Source: a bacterium UBP15_UBA6099 (GTDB lineage Bacteria; UBP15; UBA6099). Taken from it: a stretch of DNA of 64,000 bases. Each line of letters starts with the position of its first letter. The stretch's first letter is position 1. Below the pieces are notes generated by a model that saw only the letters and a list, made by a program, of their open reading frames with translations, was not told where the DNA came from and did no database searches. Shown in pieces: positions 37,583 through 46,120 of this stretch. The translations under genes and the position numbers were made by a program. The DNA lies in NCBI GenBank assembly GCA_002435745.1, contig DIWT01000043.1:50654-114653 (forward strand). Reading direction: 5' to 3'.

Positions 37583-38677
37583 ATGAAAACGGCCTTAAAA
37601 ATCGCGCTTACGGCGATTCTCGCCGTAGCGATAGCGGGGGGTTCCGCTCAGGCGGCCCGCGTCAAAGATGTGGCCCGCGTGGTCGGCGTCAGAGAAAACC
37701 AGCTTTTCGGCTACGGCCTTGTTGTTGGCCTTGCCGGAACGGGCGACGGCGTCAGGATGACCCGGCAGACGGTGGTTAACATGCTCGAACGTCTCGGCTT
37801 GAACGTGGCAATCGGCGACATCAACGTGGACAACGTGGCTGCGGTGATGGTGACGGCGACCCTGCCTGCGTTTGTGACGCCGGGCGACAAAATCGATGTC
37901 GTCGTGTCGTCCATCGGAGACGCCGATAGTCTACAAGGCGGCACTCTGATATTGACTCCTTTGCGGGCGGCGAACGGGGATGTGTACGCGATCTCTCAGG
38001 GACAGGTCACCATCGGCGGGTTCACCGCCGGCGGCGGGGGCGGCGCGCGCAAGACGCGAGGCCATCCAACCGTCGGGAGGATCACGGGCGGAGCCACCGT
38101 CGAGCGAGAGGTTCCGGTGGATTTCATGGATGGGGGCGACGTGCTTTACATCAGCCTTAACAGTCCCGACTTCACGACTGCCGCCAATATGGCAAAAGGA
38201 ATCAATGACGCCATAGGGCCGGACATCGCTAAAGCGCGGGACGCCGCCACAGTAGGCGTAAAAGTCCCGGCAGAGCAGTTGAACGACATAGTCTCATTTA
38301 TTTCCCAGATTGAGGCTGTCCGGGTTGATCAGGACCATATCTCTAAAGTAGTAATTAATGAAAAGACAGGAACTATAGTAATGGGCGGGGATGTGAGCAT
38401 ATCCCCGGTGGCGATAGCGCACGGAACCCTTACTGTCACAGTAACGCCGGAGTTTCAGATAAATCAGCCGGACACTCCGTTCGGAGGAGGCCGCACCGTG
38501 GCGAGGACGACGTCGAGCGTGGACGCTGAAGAGGAAAAAGTCACGTTCAACAGGGTTTCCACATCGGATGTGGTGGACGCCCTGAACGCGATGGGAGTCA
38601 CGCCCGGAGACATAATCGCGATTCTTCAGGCATTGAAGGTGGCAGGCGCATTACAGGCAGAGATAGTCATTATGTGA
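37583..38677 (+). CDS. flgI: Flagellar P-ring protein FlgI
   Basis: RVKDVARVVGVRENQLFGYGLVVGLAGTGD...SLQGGTLILTPLRAANGDVYA...ALNAMGVTPGDIIAILQALKVAGALQAEI. Confidence 0.95.
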   Translation: MKTALKIALTAILAVAIAGGSAQAARVKDVARVVGVRENQLFGYGLVVGLAGTGDGVRMTRQTVVNMLERLGLNVAIGDINVDNVAAVMVTATLPAFVTPGDKIDVVVSSIGDADSLQGGTLILTPLRAANGDVYAISQGQVTIGGFTAGGGGGARKTRGHPTVGRITGGATVEREVPVDFMDGGDVLYISLNSPDFTTAANMAKGINDAIGPDIAKARDAATVGVKVPAEQLNDIVSFISQIEAVRVDQDHISKVVINEKTGTIVMGGDVSISPVAIAHGTLTVTVTPEFQINQPDTPFGGGRTVARTTSSVDAEEEKVTFNRVSTSDVVDALNAMGVTPGDIIAILQALKVAGALQAEIVIM

Positions 38678-38736
38678 CGAAGTTTGCAATCCGTCGCCCG
38701 GCGCTATGAACACGGGCGGGAGAGGCAGTCATTAAT

Positions 38737-39147
38737 ATGGATATAAGCGGAATAAGAGGATTGCAGGGCGTCGGCCCCGCGAAGGAAACCGAAGAGCGCG
38801 CTACGAGCAACGCTCTAGACATGCTTCAACGCATGAAGGACGCCGCGTCGATCGCCGCAGATGAGAAACAACTCTCGGAACTCGACAAGCAATCCCGTGA
38901 AATTGAATCTCTATTCATATATATGTTGCTCAAAGAAATGCGGAAAACCGTTCCAGAGCAGAAGTTGATCCACGGCGGCAGGGCCGAGGAGATATTCCGC
39001 GACATGATGGACGAGGAGATGAGCCGGAAAATGGCCTTCACTCCGGGGCCGGGACTTGGCATAGCAAAAATGGTGTATGAAGAGCTTTCGAGGTCGATAA
39101 TCGGAAAAGCAGGCGGGCCGGAAAAGGATTTAACCGGCGAGGAATAG
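38737..39147 (+). CDS. flgJ: Rod-binding protein (FlgJ N-terminal domain only, no muramidase domain)
   Basis: 136 aa, ESLFIYMLLKEMRKTVPE...GRAEEIFRDMMDEEMSRKMA...GLGIAKMVYEEL. Confidence 0.8.
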   Translation: MDISGIRGLQGVGPAKETEERATSNALDMLQRMKDAASIAADEKQLSELDKQSREIESLFIYMLLKEMRKTVPEQKLIHGGRAEEIFRDMMDEEMSRKMAFTPGPGLGIAKMVYEELSRSIIGKAGGPEKDLTGEE

Positions 39148-39148
39148 T

Positions 39149-39283
39149 ATGAGAGTTTTGGTCGTCAAATCAACCGGGAAAGCCGGGCCGCATGTTATGC
39201 GCGATTTTGCCGAGAGCTTCCGTGATGCCGGGCATGCGGTTGATGCGTTGGACTTAAGAGCTATTGCGGAGGCGGCCGTATGA
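39149..39283 (+). CDS. Candidate 44-aa small ORF between flgJ and flgN (hand-translated, below the track cutoff)
   Basis: ATG preceded by GAGGA at 7 nt. Sequence MRVLVVKSTGKAGPHVMRDFAESFRDAGHAVDALDLRAIAEAAV. Its stop overlaps the flgN ATG (ATGA at 39280-39283). Confidence 0.3.
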   Translation: MRVLVVKSTGKAGPHVMRDFAESFRDAGHAVDALDLRAIAEAAV

Positions 39284-39786
39284 CAGGAACGAACGAAAAA
39301 ACATGGGCCGTCCTCCGAGGCGCGATAGACGAACAGATAAAAATGTACTCAAAGTTGCTGGACGTGTTGGACCGAAAGCGGAAGCAGTTGATAAAAGGAA
39401 ACACAAAGGAGCTTGCCAAGTCGACAAAAGAAGAAAACAAGTTCGTCGACAGGTTGGAAGCCCTCGAAAAGAAGCGGCTTGACGCGGCGGCGGCGTGCCT
39501 GCCCGGCAGAGAGGGAACTATAACCCTGCAGGATGTCTTGGACGCCGCGCCGGAAGGCGAAAAGGAAAAGCTGGAAGACGCGGCGGTGTTGCTGATGGAA
39601 ACGCTTAACAGCGTGGCCGCAATCAACAGGGCCAACGCGGAGTTAGTGAAGGAATCAATGGCATTTATATTGTACAACATGAATCTGTTGTCCTCGGACA
39701 GAACGAGAGACAACCTTTACGAAGGATCGGGGAAGATGAGAGACCCCGGCCCGAAAAAACGCGGAATAGTCAACCGCGAAGCATGA
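39280..39786 (+). CDS. flgN: FlgN-family flagellar export chaperone (putative)
   Basis: 168 aa, helical, LRGAIDEQIKMYSKLLDVLDRKRKQLIKGNTKEL. It sits immediately upstream of flgK-flgL and has GGAGG 7 nt upstream. Confidence 0.6.
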   Translation: MTGTNEKTWAVLRGAIDEQIKMYSKLLDVLDRKRKQLIKGNTKELAKSTKEENKFVDRLEALEKKRLDAAAACLPGREGTITLQDVLDAAPEGEKEKLEDAAVLLMETLNSVAAINRANAELVKESMAFILYNMNLLSSDRTRDNLYEGSGKMRDPGPKKRGIVNREA

Positions 39787-39863
39787 TTAAGGCCGCAATT
39801 GCGGCATAGCCAAAGAGAGCAGGGGCGAAAGCGGAAAGCCGCCGCCCCAAAGGGAGCGCCGAT

Positions 39864-42422
39864 ATGAAATCGACATTCTTCGGAATCGAAACGATGCGAA
39901 AGGCGATACTGGCCCAGCGCAACGTGATGGACACAATAGGCCACAACGTGGCGAACGCGGCGACGGTCGGATACTCCCGGCAGGTCGTCACGCTGGCAAC
40001 GTCTACTCCCATAATGTACGCCGGCGTCGGCGTGATGGGCACAGGCGTCATAACGGCTTCCATCGAAAGAGTCAGAGACCTCTTCATCGACAACCAACTC
40101 CGAATAGGCAACTCCCAGCAGGGCAAGGTTGAAATCGAAAAAAGCGTGCTGGCGCAGATCGAGAACGCGTTCCTCGAACCGTCCTCATCCGAGGGGATAA
40201 ACGGCGCTTTATCGGCATTCTTCAACTCATGGCAGGAGTTGAGCAAATACCCCGACAGCACGGCCGCCCGCAATCAGGTGGTCGCCATGGCCCAGAACCT
40301 TACCGACGTCATGAACCACATCGACCAGACTCTCAGGGATATACGGATAGACCTGAACGGGCAACTCAAACAGGATGTTCAGCAGGTCAACAACATACTT
40401 AACTCAATCGCGACGCTAACGCCTGAAATAGCAAAGGCGTACACTCACGGGTACATGCCCAACGACCTGCTCGACAAGCGCGACTTGCTGCTGGAACAAC
40501 TCGCCCAATACGTCAACTTCGATGTCATCGACAGCGAATATCTCGGCGGCATAGCGATCTCGATAGGCGGACGCGAACTGCTCAGAAACGACACTGTTTA
40601 CGAGCTTACCTACGAGATGGCTTGGGATCATCCCTCGCAAAACACGAAAACTCCCTACATGAACGATGTCTCCCAGAACGACTTCTTCATGCTGGCAGGA
40701 ATGAGCAAGGGAGAGTTGGCCGGAATCATTAACGCGCGGGACAATATTTTGACCTCTGTTCAGTCGAGTTTCACAGAACTGGTAGGCTCGATAATGAACA
40801 CGGTGAACAATCTGCACAGCCAAGGCATGGGAATAACGATGCAGGACATGAGCCAGTTCGCGACGACAACCGCCGACATCGGCAACATGGCCAATTACGC
40901 TCAGATAACCGGAACCGACCTGCAGTACTTCGCTGTCGGCGATATTCTTCAGATCGAAGACGCGCACGGCGAGTCCATAATAGTGACAGTAACTCAAACC
41001 GAGGTGGACGCGCTGGGCAACGGTCGACTCTATTTCGACAACATCGGCATGCTCATGAAATCGGAAACGGACGGCGCGGGCGGTCACATCACCCGCTCGT
41101 TTGACGGCGCGGGAATAGATTCCGGCGCGGTGGTGAGGAAACTCAACACATCTAAAAACAACTTCTTCGTAGCCGCCGATATCCTTAGCAGAAGCGTTAC
41201 CGGCGACACTCACCCTGATTACTTCAGCAAGATGACCAGCACGATAAAACTGCCTGACAACGTGACGATGAACACAACCATAGGCGAACTGGAGAGGATG
41301 TTCGGGGTTAATATCACCGACAACCTCGTCGGGCAGAGGCTTCAACTGGACGACAGGGCCTATACAGGGGTTCTGACCGATAACATGACTCTCGATTCGG
41401 TCTTCGCGCTCATAAGCAAGATGAGGCCCGTTGTTAATGACGGGGAGCCGTTGGAGATTCAGTTCGATAGCGTGAACCGCACAATCACTTTAAGCGGCGA
41501 CGCGCGCGACGCCCTCAGCCAGCTAGGCGGCGACAACGGAAGCGAATGCAACCTGTTCAGAATCCTCGGATTCGAAGGTTACGGCATAACCGGGTTCGAT
41601 CTCCCGGTAGGCTCAAACATGACCACAACGCTTGAATCCATGGGCGTCGGCAGCGGCTATATCCAGATTGACAACGTGGTGATTGAGTTGGACGCGGCGA
41701 TGTCGCTGCAGTCGGCTCTGGACGAAATCAATGCCGCCCTGAACGCCGATAAAAGCCTGAAGTCATACGGAACCAATGTTTTTTTCGACGCTCAGGCCGG
41801 AAGGCTGAGGGTGGTTTCTCCCCACATGTTCACGGTGTCCACGCCGGATTCTTCCCAGTTCCCGGCGTTGGGCGGCTCTTTTGCCTCTTCAAACTTCCTC
41901 ACCGTGTTAGGGCTTCAACGCGAATCTTCTTCGCCAACCATAGCTCTTGAACAGGCTCTGGAATCCGTAACAACTTCGGACATCGGCGCGAGAATAACTG
42001 TAAACGCCGATATCCTCAAGAATGTCAACAGCATAGCGACGTCCGTAAGCTATGCCGGAATTCCCGGAGACAACAACATAGCGCTGGCGATAGCCGGAAT
42101 ACGGAATATGGATTTGATGGGCGACTCTTCGGAGGGCAGGCTGGCCAACCCCACTCAAACCATCGACGATTATTACAACAACCTGATATCCGACATCGGC
42201 ACGAAATCCCAGAAAGCCATAATGGACTCATCGGTGGCGGACAATTTTATCGAATACTATCAGAACAAATGGCAGGAAGTGTCCGGAGTCTCGATAGACG
42301 AGGAAATGACCAAGCTTATCGAAGCGCAGCAGTCCTACGCCGCGGCGTCGCGCGTTTTGAACGCATTCGACGAGATGCTCGACAGGGTGATCAACGGGAT
42401 GGGCCTTGTGGGCAGGGCATAA
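39864..42422 (+). CDS. flgK: Flagellar hook-associated protein 1 FlgK (long form with a large central insertion)
   Basis: MKSTFFGIETMRKAILAQRNVMDTIGHNVANAATVGYSRQ at the N-terminus and C-terminal GVSIDEEMTKLIEAQQSYAAASRVLNAFDEMLDRVI. 852 aa. Confidence 0.9.
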   Translation: MKSTFFGIETMRKAILAQRNVMDTIGHNVANAATVGYSRQVVTLATSTPIMYAGVGVMGTGVITASIERVRDLFIDNQLRIGNSQQGKVEIEKSVLAQIENAFLEPSSSEGINGALSAFFNSWQELSKYPDSTAARNQVVAMAQNLTDVMNHIDQTLRDIRIDLNGQLKQDVQQVNNILNSIATLTPEIAKAYTHGYMPNDLLDKRDLLLEQLAQYVNFDVIDSEYLGGIAISIGGRELLRNDTVYELTYEMAWDHPSQNTKTPYMNDVSQNDFFMLAGMSKGELAGIINARDNILTSVQSSFTELVGSIMNTVNNLHSQGMGITMQDMSQFATTTADIGNMANYAQITGTDLQYFAVGDILQIEDAHGESIIVTVTQTEVDALGNGRLYFDNIGMLMKSETDGAGGHITRSFDGAGIDSGAVVRKLNTSKNNFFVAADILSRSVTGDTHPDYFSKMTSTIKLPDNVTMNTTIGELERMFGVNITDNLVGQRLQLDDRAYTGVLTDNMTLDSVFALISKMRPVVNDGEPLEIQFDSVNRTITLSGDARDALSQLGGDNGSECNLFRILGFEGYGITGFDLPVGSNMTTTLESMGVGSGYIQIDNVVIELDAAMSLQSALDEINAALNADKSLKSYGTNVFFDAQAGRLRVVSPHMFTVSTPDSSQFPALGGSFASSNFLTVLGLQRESSSPTIALEQALESVTTSDIGARITVNADILKNVNSIATSVSYAGIPGDNNIALAIAGIRNMDLMGDSSEGRLANPTQTIDDYYNNLISDIGTKSQKAIMDSSVADNFIEYYQNKWQEVSGVSIDEEMTKLIEAQQSYAAASRVLNAFDEMLDRVINGMGLVGRA

Positions 42423-42527
42423 GCGGAAAACGCTAAAGGTTAAGTGAAAAATGACGATGTATATATAGATAAGAGTTAATATACCGGCAGGCGGCAGGCG
42501 GAACGCCGGTCGGACGGGAGCGACAAT

Positions 42528-43757
42528 ATGTACACAAGAATATCGAACTCGATGATGACGAGCACTTTTATAAGGGACCTTCAGAGGAACCTGAGCGCCC
42601 AGTATGATCTGCAGCGGCAGATATCTACGGGCAAGAAAGTCCAGTACGCCTCCGACGACCCCATTGCCGCCGACAGGATTCTCGACTACAGGCAGACAAT
42701 CGAGAAGACGACGCAGTATACGAAGAACATCAACGACGGCAACAGCATATCCAGCCACATCGACTTGGTGTCCGCCAATATTGAGGACGTTCTGTTGCGC
42801 GCCCGAGATCTGGCCGTCAAAGCCTCGAACGAAGCCCCGAACAATCAACAGGCCATTGACGCGATCGCCGCCGAACTTGACAGCCTTTTGGGAGAACTCG
42901 TCAATCAGGCCAACCAGAGCTTCGACGGGAAGTATCTTTTCTCAGGGTATAAATCCGGAACCATTCCTTTCACCGCGGAAACATCTTTGGATTTCGTGTA
43001 CGGTTCAGGCGCGGTAGCCGCAAACGGAGCTACGGCGCTCTCAATGCCGTCTTACACGATAGATGGGACGACGCGTCAGTCAGAGGCGATAACGGACGCC
43101 AACTCGGTAAAAGCGATATACGTCAACGGCGTGGCTCTGAACCCGGCGGATTACACGGTCGACCCGGCAACGAACACGATAAACATCACGGATGTCGGCG
43201 CGGCGGGACTTAACAACGGCGATAAAATTGAAATACAGTTCGATAAAGTCGTGTCGGTCAAATACACCGGCGATTCCGGAACCCGCGAGATCGAGATTTC
43301 CGACGGATCGAGGGTGGGAGTTTCCTACGCCGGCGCGGTTTCCAACAACTCCGGCCAAAGCTCGGTGTTCGGAAAACACAGTTCGAGCGCTCTCGAAACG
43401 CAGTCCGTCGAGGCTTTTCAGAAAATTATGGATTTGCGGGACAGCATCTACAAATACACCAACACAGGCTCCTCCAACATTCAGGATATTTCACGTGGGA
43501 TAACCGACATAGACGATATCAGAAAGAACGTGACTACTGTCAGGGCGGAGCAGGGCGGCAGGGCCAACCGTCTCGAATTGGCGCTGAACAGACACGCGAG
43601 CGTGGAACTCTTCACCAAGGAAATGAAGAAAAACCGGGAAGAAGTCGACATGGCGGAAGCCATTTCTCAACTTGTTTCCGTGCAGACGGTGTATCAGGCG
43701 GCGCTCGGCGCGGGCGCGTCAATAATTCAGACGACACTACTTGACTTCTTGAGATAG
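42528..43757 (+). CDS. flgL: Flagellar hook-associated protein 3 FlgL
   Basis: MYTRISNSMMTSTFIRDLQRNLSAQYDLQRQISTGKKVQYASDDPIAA at the N-terminus and a flagellin-type C-terminus VDMAEAISQLVSVQTVYQAALGAGASIIQTTLLDFL. Confidence 0.9.
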   Translation: MYTRISNSMMTSTFIRDLQRNLSAQYDLQRQISTGKKVQYASDDPIAADRILDYRQTIEKTTQYTKNINDGNSISSHIDLVSANIEDVLLRARDLAVKASNEAPNNQQAIDAIAAELDSLLGELVNQANQSFDGKYLFSGYKSGTIPFTAETSLDFVYGSGAVAANGATALSMPSYTIDGTTRQSEAITDANSVKAIYVNGVALNPADYTVDPATNTINITDVGAAGLNNGDKIEIQFDKVVSVKYTGDSGTREIEISDGSRVGVSYAGAVSNNSGQSSVFGKHSSSALETQSVEAFQKIMDLRDSIYKYTNTGSSNIQDISRGITDIDDIRKNVTTVRAEQGGRANRLELALNRHASVELFTKEMKKNREEVDMAEAISQLVSVQTVYQAALGAGASIIQTTLLDFLR

Positions 43758-43769
43758 CCGTGATATAAT
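43741..43769 (+). promoter_or_regulatory. Near-consensus sigma70 promoter with extended -10, overlapping the flgL stop
   Basis: TTGACT (43741-43746), 17-nt spacer ending in TGA, TATAAT (43764-43769), so TGnTATAAT is present. Confidence 0.5.
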
Positions 43770-43813
43770 CGCATTGAAGTAGAAGTTATATTATTATTAG
43801 ATAAGACACTAGG

Positions 43814-43852
43814 GCGACCAAGAAACACTTCAACTCAATGGTCGCTTTTTTT
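43814..43852 (+). terminator. Rho-independent terminator downstream of flgL
   Basis: GCGACCA, 18-nt loop, TGGTCGC, followed by TTTTTTT. Confidence 0.55.
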
Positions 43853-43958
43853 ATTCCCTCCCGACAATAGCTATGGCGACGGCGGAAATGCGTCTTGTTA
43901 AGACGCATAAGGCGAAATGAGTTCGCCTGTTTTTCCGCAAAGCGGCTTGTCATGGAGG

Positions 43959-44432
43959 ATGAATTTGAAAGTCGCCACAATGCGATTCGGCGAAGTTGAA
44001 ATCGCCGATGAACAGATATATAAGCTTGCGGCTCCTCTGCCGGGTTTTCCGCGAACAGAGAATTTCTTCTTCATTCAAAAAGACAACATTAAACCTTTCG
44101 AGTGGATGCAGTCCGTTCAGGAACCGGAAGTGACTTTCGTCGTGGTGGACCCGCAACACTTCTTTCACGATTATTCCCCGGATATCAGCGGTTTCGAGCT
44201 AAAAGAACTCGGGCTTAAGAGCCTTGATGAAGCGACGCTCATAGTCATCGTGGTTCTCCCTGAGGACATGACGAAAATGACGGCGAACCTTCGGGGGCCG
44301 GTGTTGATCAACCGCGGAACAAGGGCGATGAAACAGGTGTTCACCGAATCTGACAAGTACGGAGTTCGGGAGTCGATTCTTGACGGAATAAAACGCAAGG
44401 AACAAGCGGCTCTAGAACAGAAAATAAAGTAG
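43959..44432 (+). CDS. fliW: Flagellar assembly factor FliW (CsrA antagonist)
   Basis: [57 protein letters not shown]...NLRGPVLIN. Start uncertain: ATG 43959, TTG 43965 (GGAGG 7 nt upstream) or ATG 43980. Confidence 0.88.
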   Translation: MNLKVATMRFGEVEIADEQIYKLAAPLPGFPRTENFFFIQKDNIKPFEWMQSVQEPEVTFVVVDPQHFFHDYSPDISGFELKELGLKSLDEATLIVIVVLPEDMTKMTANLRGPVLINRGTRAMKQVFTESDKYGVRESILDGIKRKEQAALEQKIK

Positions 44433-44479
44433 AAAGCCCGACATCGGCCCGAAGTGGGGTCGAGCCGGGAGGACGCCGG

Positions 44480-44725
44480 GTGCTGGTACTGTCTAGGAAA
44501 CTCGAAGAAAGCATCATGGTCGGCGATCACATCGAGATCAAGGTGATCGCGGTTCATGGCGAGACGGTAAAGCTCGGCATCAGCGCGCCCAGAAACATCC
44601 CCGTGCACAGGAAAGAAATATACGAGGAGATCGAAAAGGAGAATATACTCGCCGCGAGAACGCGCGCCGAGATTCCCGGAATCGACCTCCTCGCGCAGAT
44701 AATGAAAAAACCGGAGAGCGCGTGA
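44480..44725 (+). CDS. csrA: Carbon storage regulator CsrA (long FliW-binding type)
   Basis: GTG start with GGGAGGA upstream. [51 protein letters not shown]. 81 aa with a C-terminal extension. Confidence 0.92.
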   Translation: MLVLSRKLEESIMVGDHIEIKVIAVHGETVKLGISAPRNIPVHRKEIYEEIEKENILAARTRAEIPGIDLLAQIMKKPESA

Positions 44726-44968
44726 CGAGACAGGCGGAAGCCCGGCGCGCCCGGAATTGAAACTTGACAACTTAATACTACAGGCATCGGCAGAATAATC
44801 CTGCCCGCCGGCGCGATTGCGCGCTCGGCGGAATTCATATTCAAGCTTAATTCGTCCGCCTCTGGCTAGAGGGGCGGGCGCGCCTGAAAGCGTCTGAATA
44901 ATAAAGCCAAAAAGGGAGGTGCGAAGGACACGGAGGTTCGGTATTCAGACTCTGACAGGTCATATTAA

Positions 44969-44985
44969 CGGGTCAGGACGACCCG
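44969..44985 (+). promoter_or_regulatory. Candidate CsrA binding site 1 in the flagellin leader: a GGA presented in a hairpin loop
   Basis: CGGGTC-AGGAC-GACCCG, a 6-bp stem with a 5-nt loop containing GGA, about 60 nt upstream of the flagellin ATG. Confidence 0.45.
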
Positions 44986-45026
44986 GTTACAAATTGTTTC
45001 TGGTGGCTCCAGAGACTCTCACACTA

Positions 45027-45036
45027 CAAGGAGGAG
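45027..45036 (+). promoter_or_regulatory. Flagellin Shine-Dalgarno overlapping candidate CsrA binding site 2
   Basis: ACAAGGAGGAG, 8 nt upstream of ATG 45044. It contains the A(N)GGA core of CsrA sites. Confidence 0.5.
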
Positions 45037-45043
45037 ATAAACC

Positions 45044-45883
45044 ATGTCATTAACTAGGATTAATACCGGTGCGGATTCTTTAGTTGCTCTGAACGGATTG
45101 AGGAAGATCAGCAGTTCCCTCAGCACATCTCTGGAAAGGATTTCTTCAGGTCTGCGAATCAACAAGGCCGCCGACGACCCGACGGGCGTCGGAACTCTCA
45201 ACACCGCCAAAGCTCAGCTCGGCGGAATAAGAGCGGCCCAGATGAATCTTGAACAGACTTACAGCATGATGTCACAGGCTGACGGCGCTCTCGCCACCAT
45301 AGGCGAAGCTCTCGTGAAGATGAAAGAACTGGCCGTCAAAGGCGCCAACGACGCCACTTTGACAACGGCTCAGATCACTTCCATCGGCGCGGAGTACGAA
45401 AGCCTCGGCGACCTGATCGACAACATCAGCGCCAACACCAAGTTCGGAGAGAAAGCTCTTCTGGCTGGAGACCTTATCGGCGTCACAGTGCAATACGGGC
45501 CGAATTCGTCAGACACATTTACCGACGACATAATCGGCGCGAACGCCGATCATCAATTCGCGACTCTTTCCCCGAACCCTCAGACCGGATTCACGGATGC
45601 TGCCGGAGCGCAGACGGCGATGGACGATGTGGACGCGGCGATTACCGCTCTTAGCACGGCAAGAGCGACGACCGGTCAGTACATGAGCCTCATCGCGAGC
45701 AATCTCGAAGCTATGCTCTCAATGGAAGTCAACGTAGCTTCAGTGGTCTCCACAGTCGGAGACGCGGACTTGGCCGCTGAAATCTCCAACATGGCGAGGG
45801 ACAGTATCCTTGCCCAGTCGGCGACAGCAGCTCTCATGCAGTCCAACATTCAGTCGCAGATCGTGCTGAAACTCCTACAGTAA
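45044..45883 (+). CDS. fliC: Flagellin (short form, D0/D1 domains only)
   Basis: MSLTRINTGADSLVALNGLRKISSSLSTSLERISSGLRINKAADDPTG at the N-terminus and C-terminal DLAAEISNMARDSILAQSATAALMQSNIQSQIVLKLLQ. Confidence 0.92.
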   Translation: MSLTRINTGADSLVALNGLRKISSSLSTSLERISSGLRINKAADDPTGVGTLNTAKAQLGGIRAAQMNLEQTYSMMSQADGALATIGEALVKMKELAVKGANDATLTTAQITSIGAEYESLGDLIDNISANTKFGEKALLAGDLIGVTVQYGPNSSDTFTDDIIGANADHQFATLSPNPQTGFTDAAGAQTAMDDVDAAITALSTARATTGQYMSLIASNLEAMLSMEVNVASVVSTVGDADLAAEISNMARDSILAQSATAALMQSNIQSQIVLKLLQ

Positions 45884-46008
45884 CCGCACAGTCGAGGGAC
45901 GCGTAATAATCGTCTCGCGGCTCGACGGTTCAAGCCGCATTGCCGTTCAGACGATAATGAATCCCTCTTGGATAAGCCTAGGGTGTTTTCGTTTGTAATA
46001 TTCTTTCA

Positions 46009-46038
46009 CCCCTCCCTCCTCGGGAGGGTTTTTTTTTT
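46009..46038 (+). terminator. Rho-independent terminator downstream of flagellin
   Basis: CCCTCCC-TCCTC-GGGAGGG followed by a run of ten T. Confidence 0.8.
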
Positions 46039-46120
46039 GCCCGCGAGCGTTCCGTCTTAGTTGTCGGTATAATTGTTTGCGAGCGGCGGATGCCGCGAAT
46101 GTCTTTCAGGCGGAGATATT

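Noticed and set aside
44726-44968. A search for the flagellin promoter (sigma28, sigma54 or sigma70) and a terminator-like hairpin after csrA (about 44853-44880, CCGCCTCT...AGAGGGGCGG).
   Set aside because: No box matched a consensus well enough to call. The hairpin is imperfect and lacks a U-tract. Both are left unannotated.
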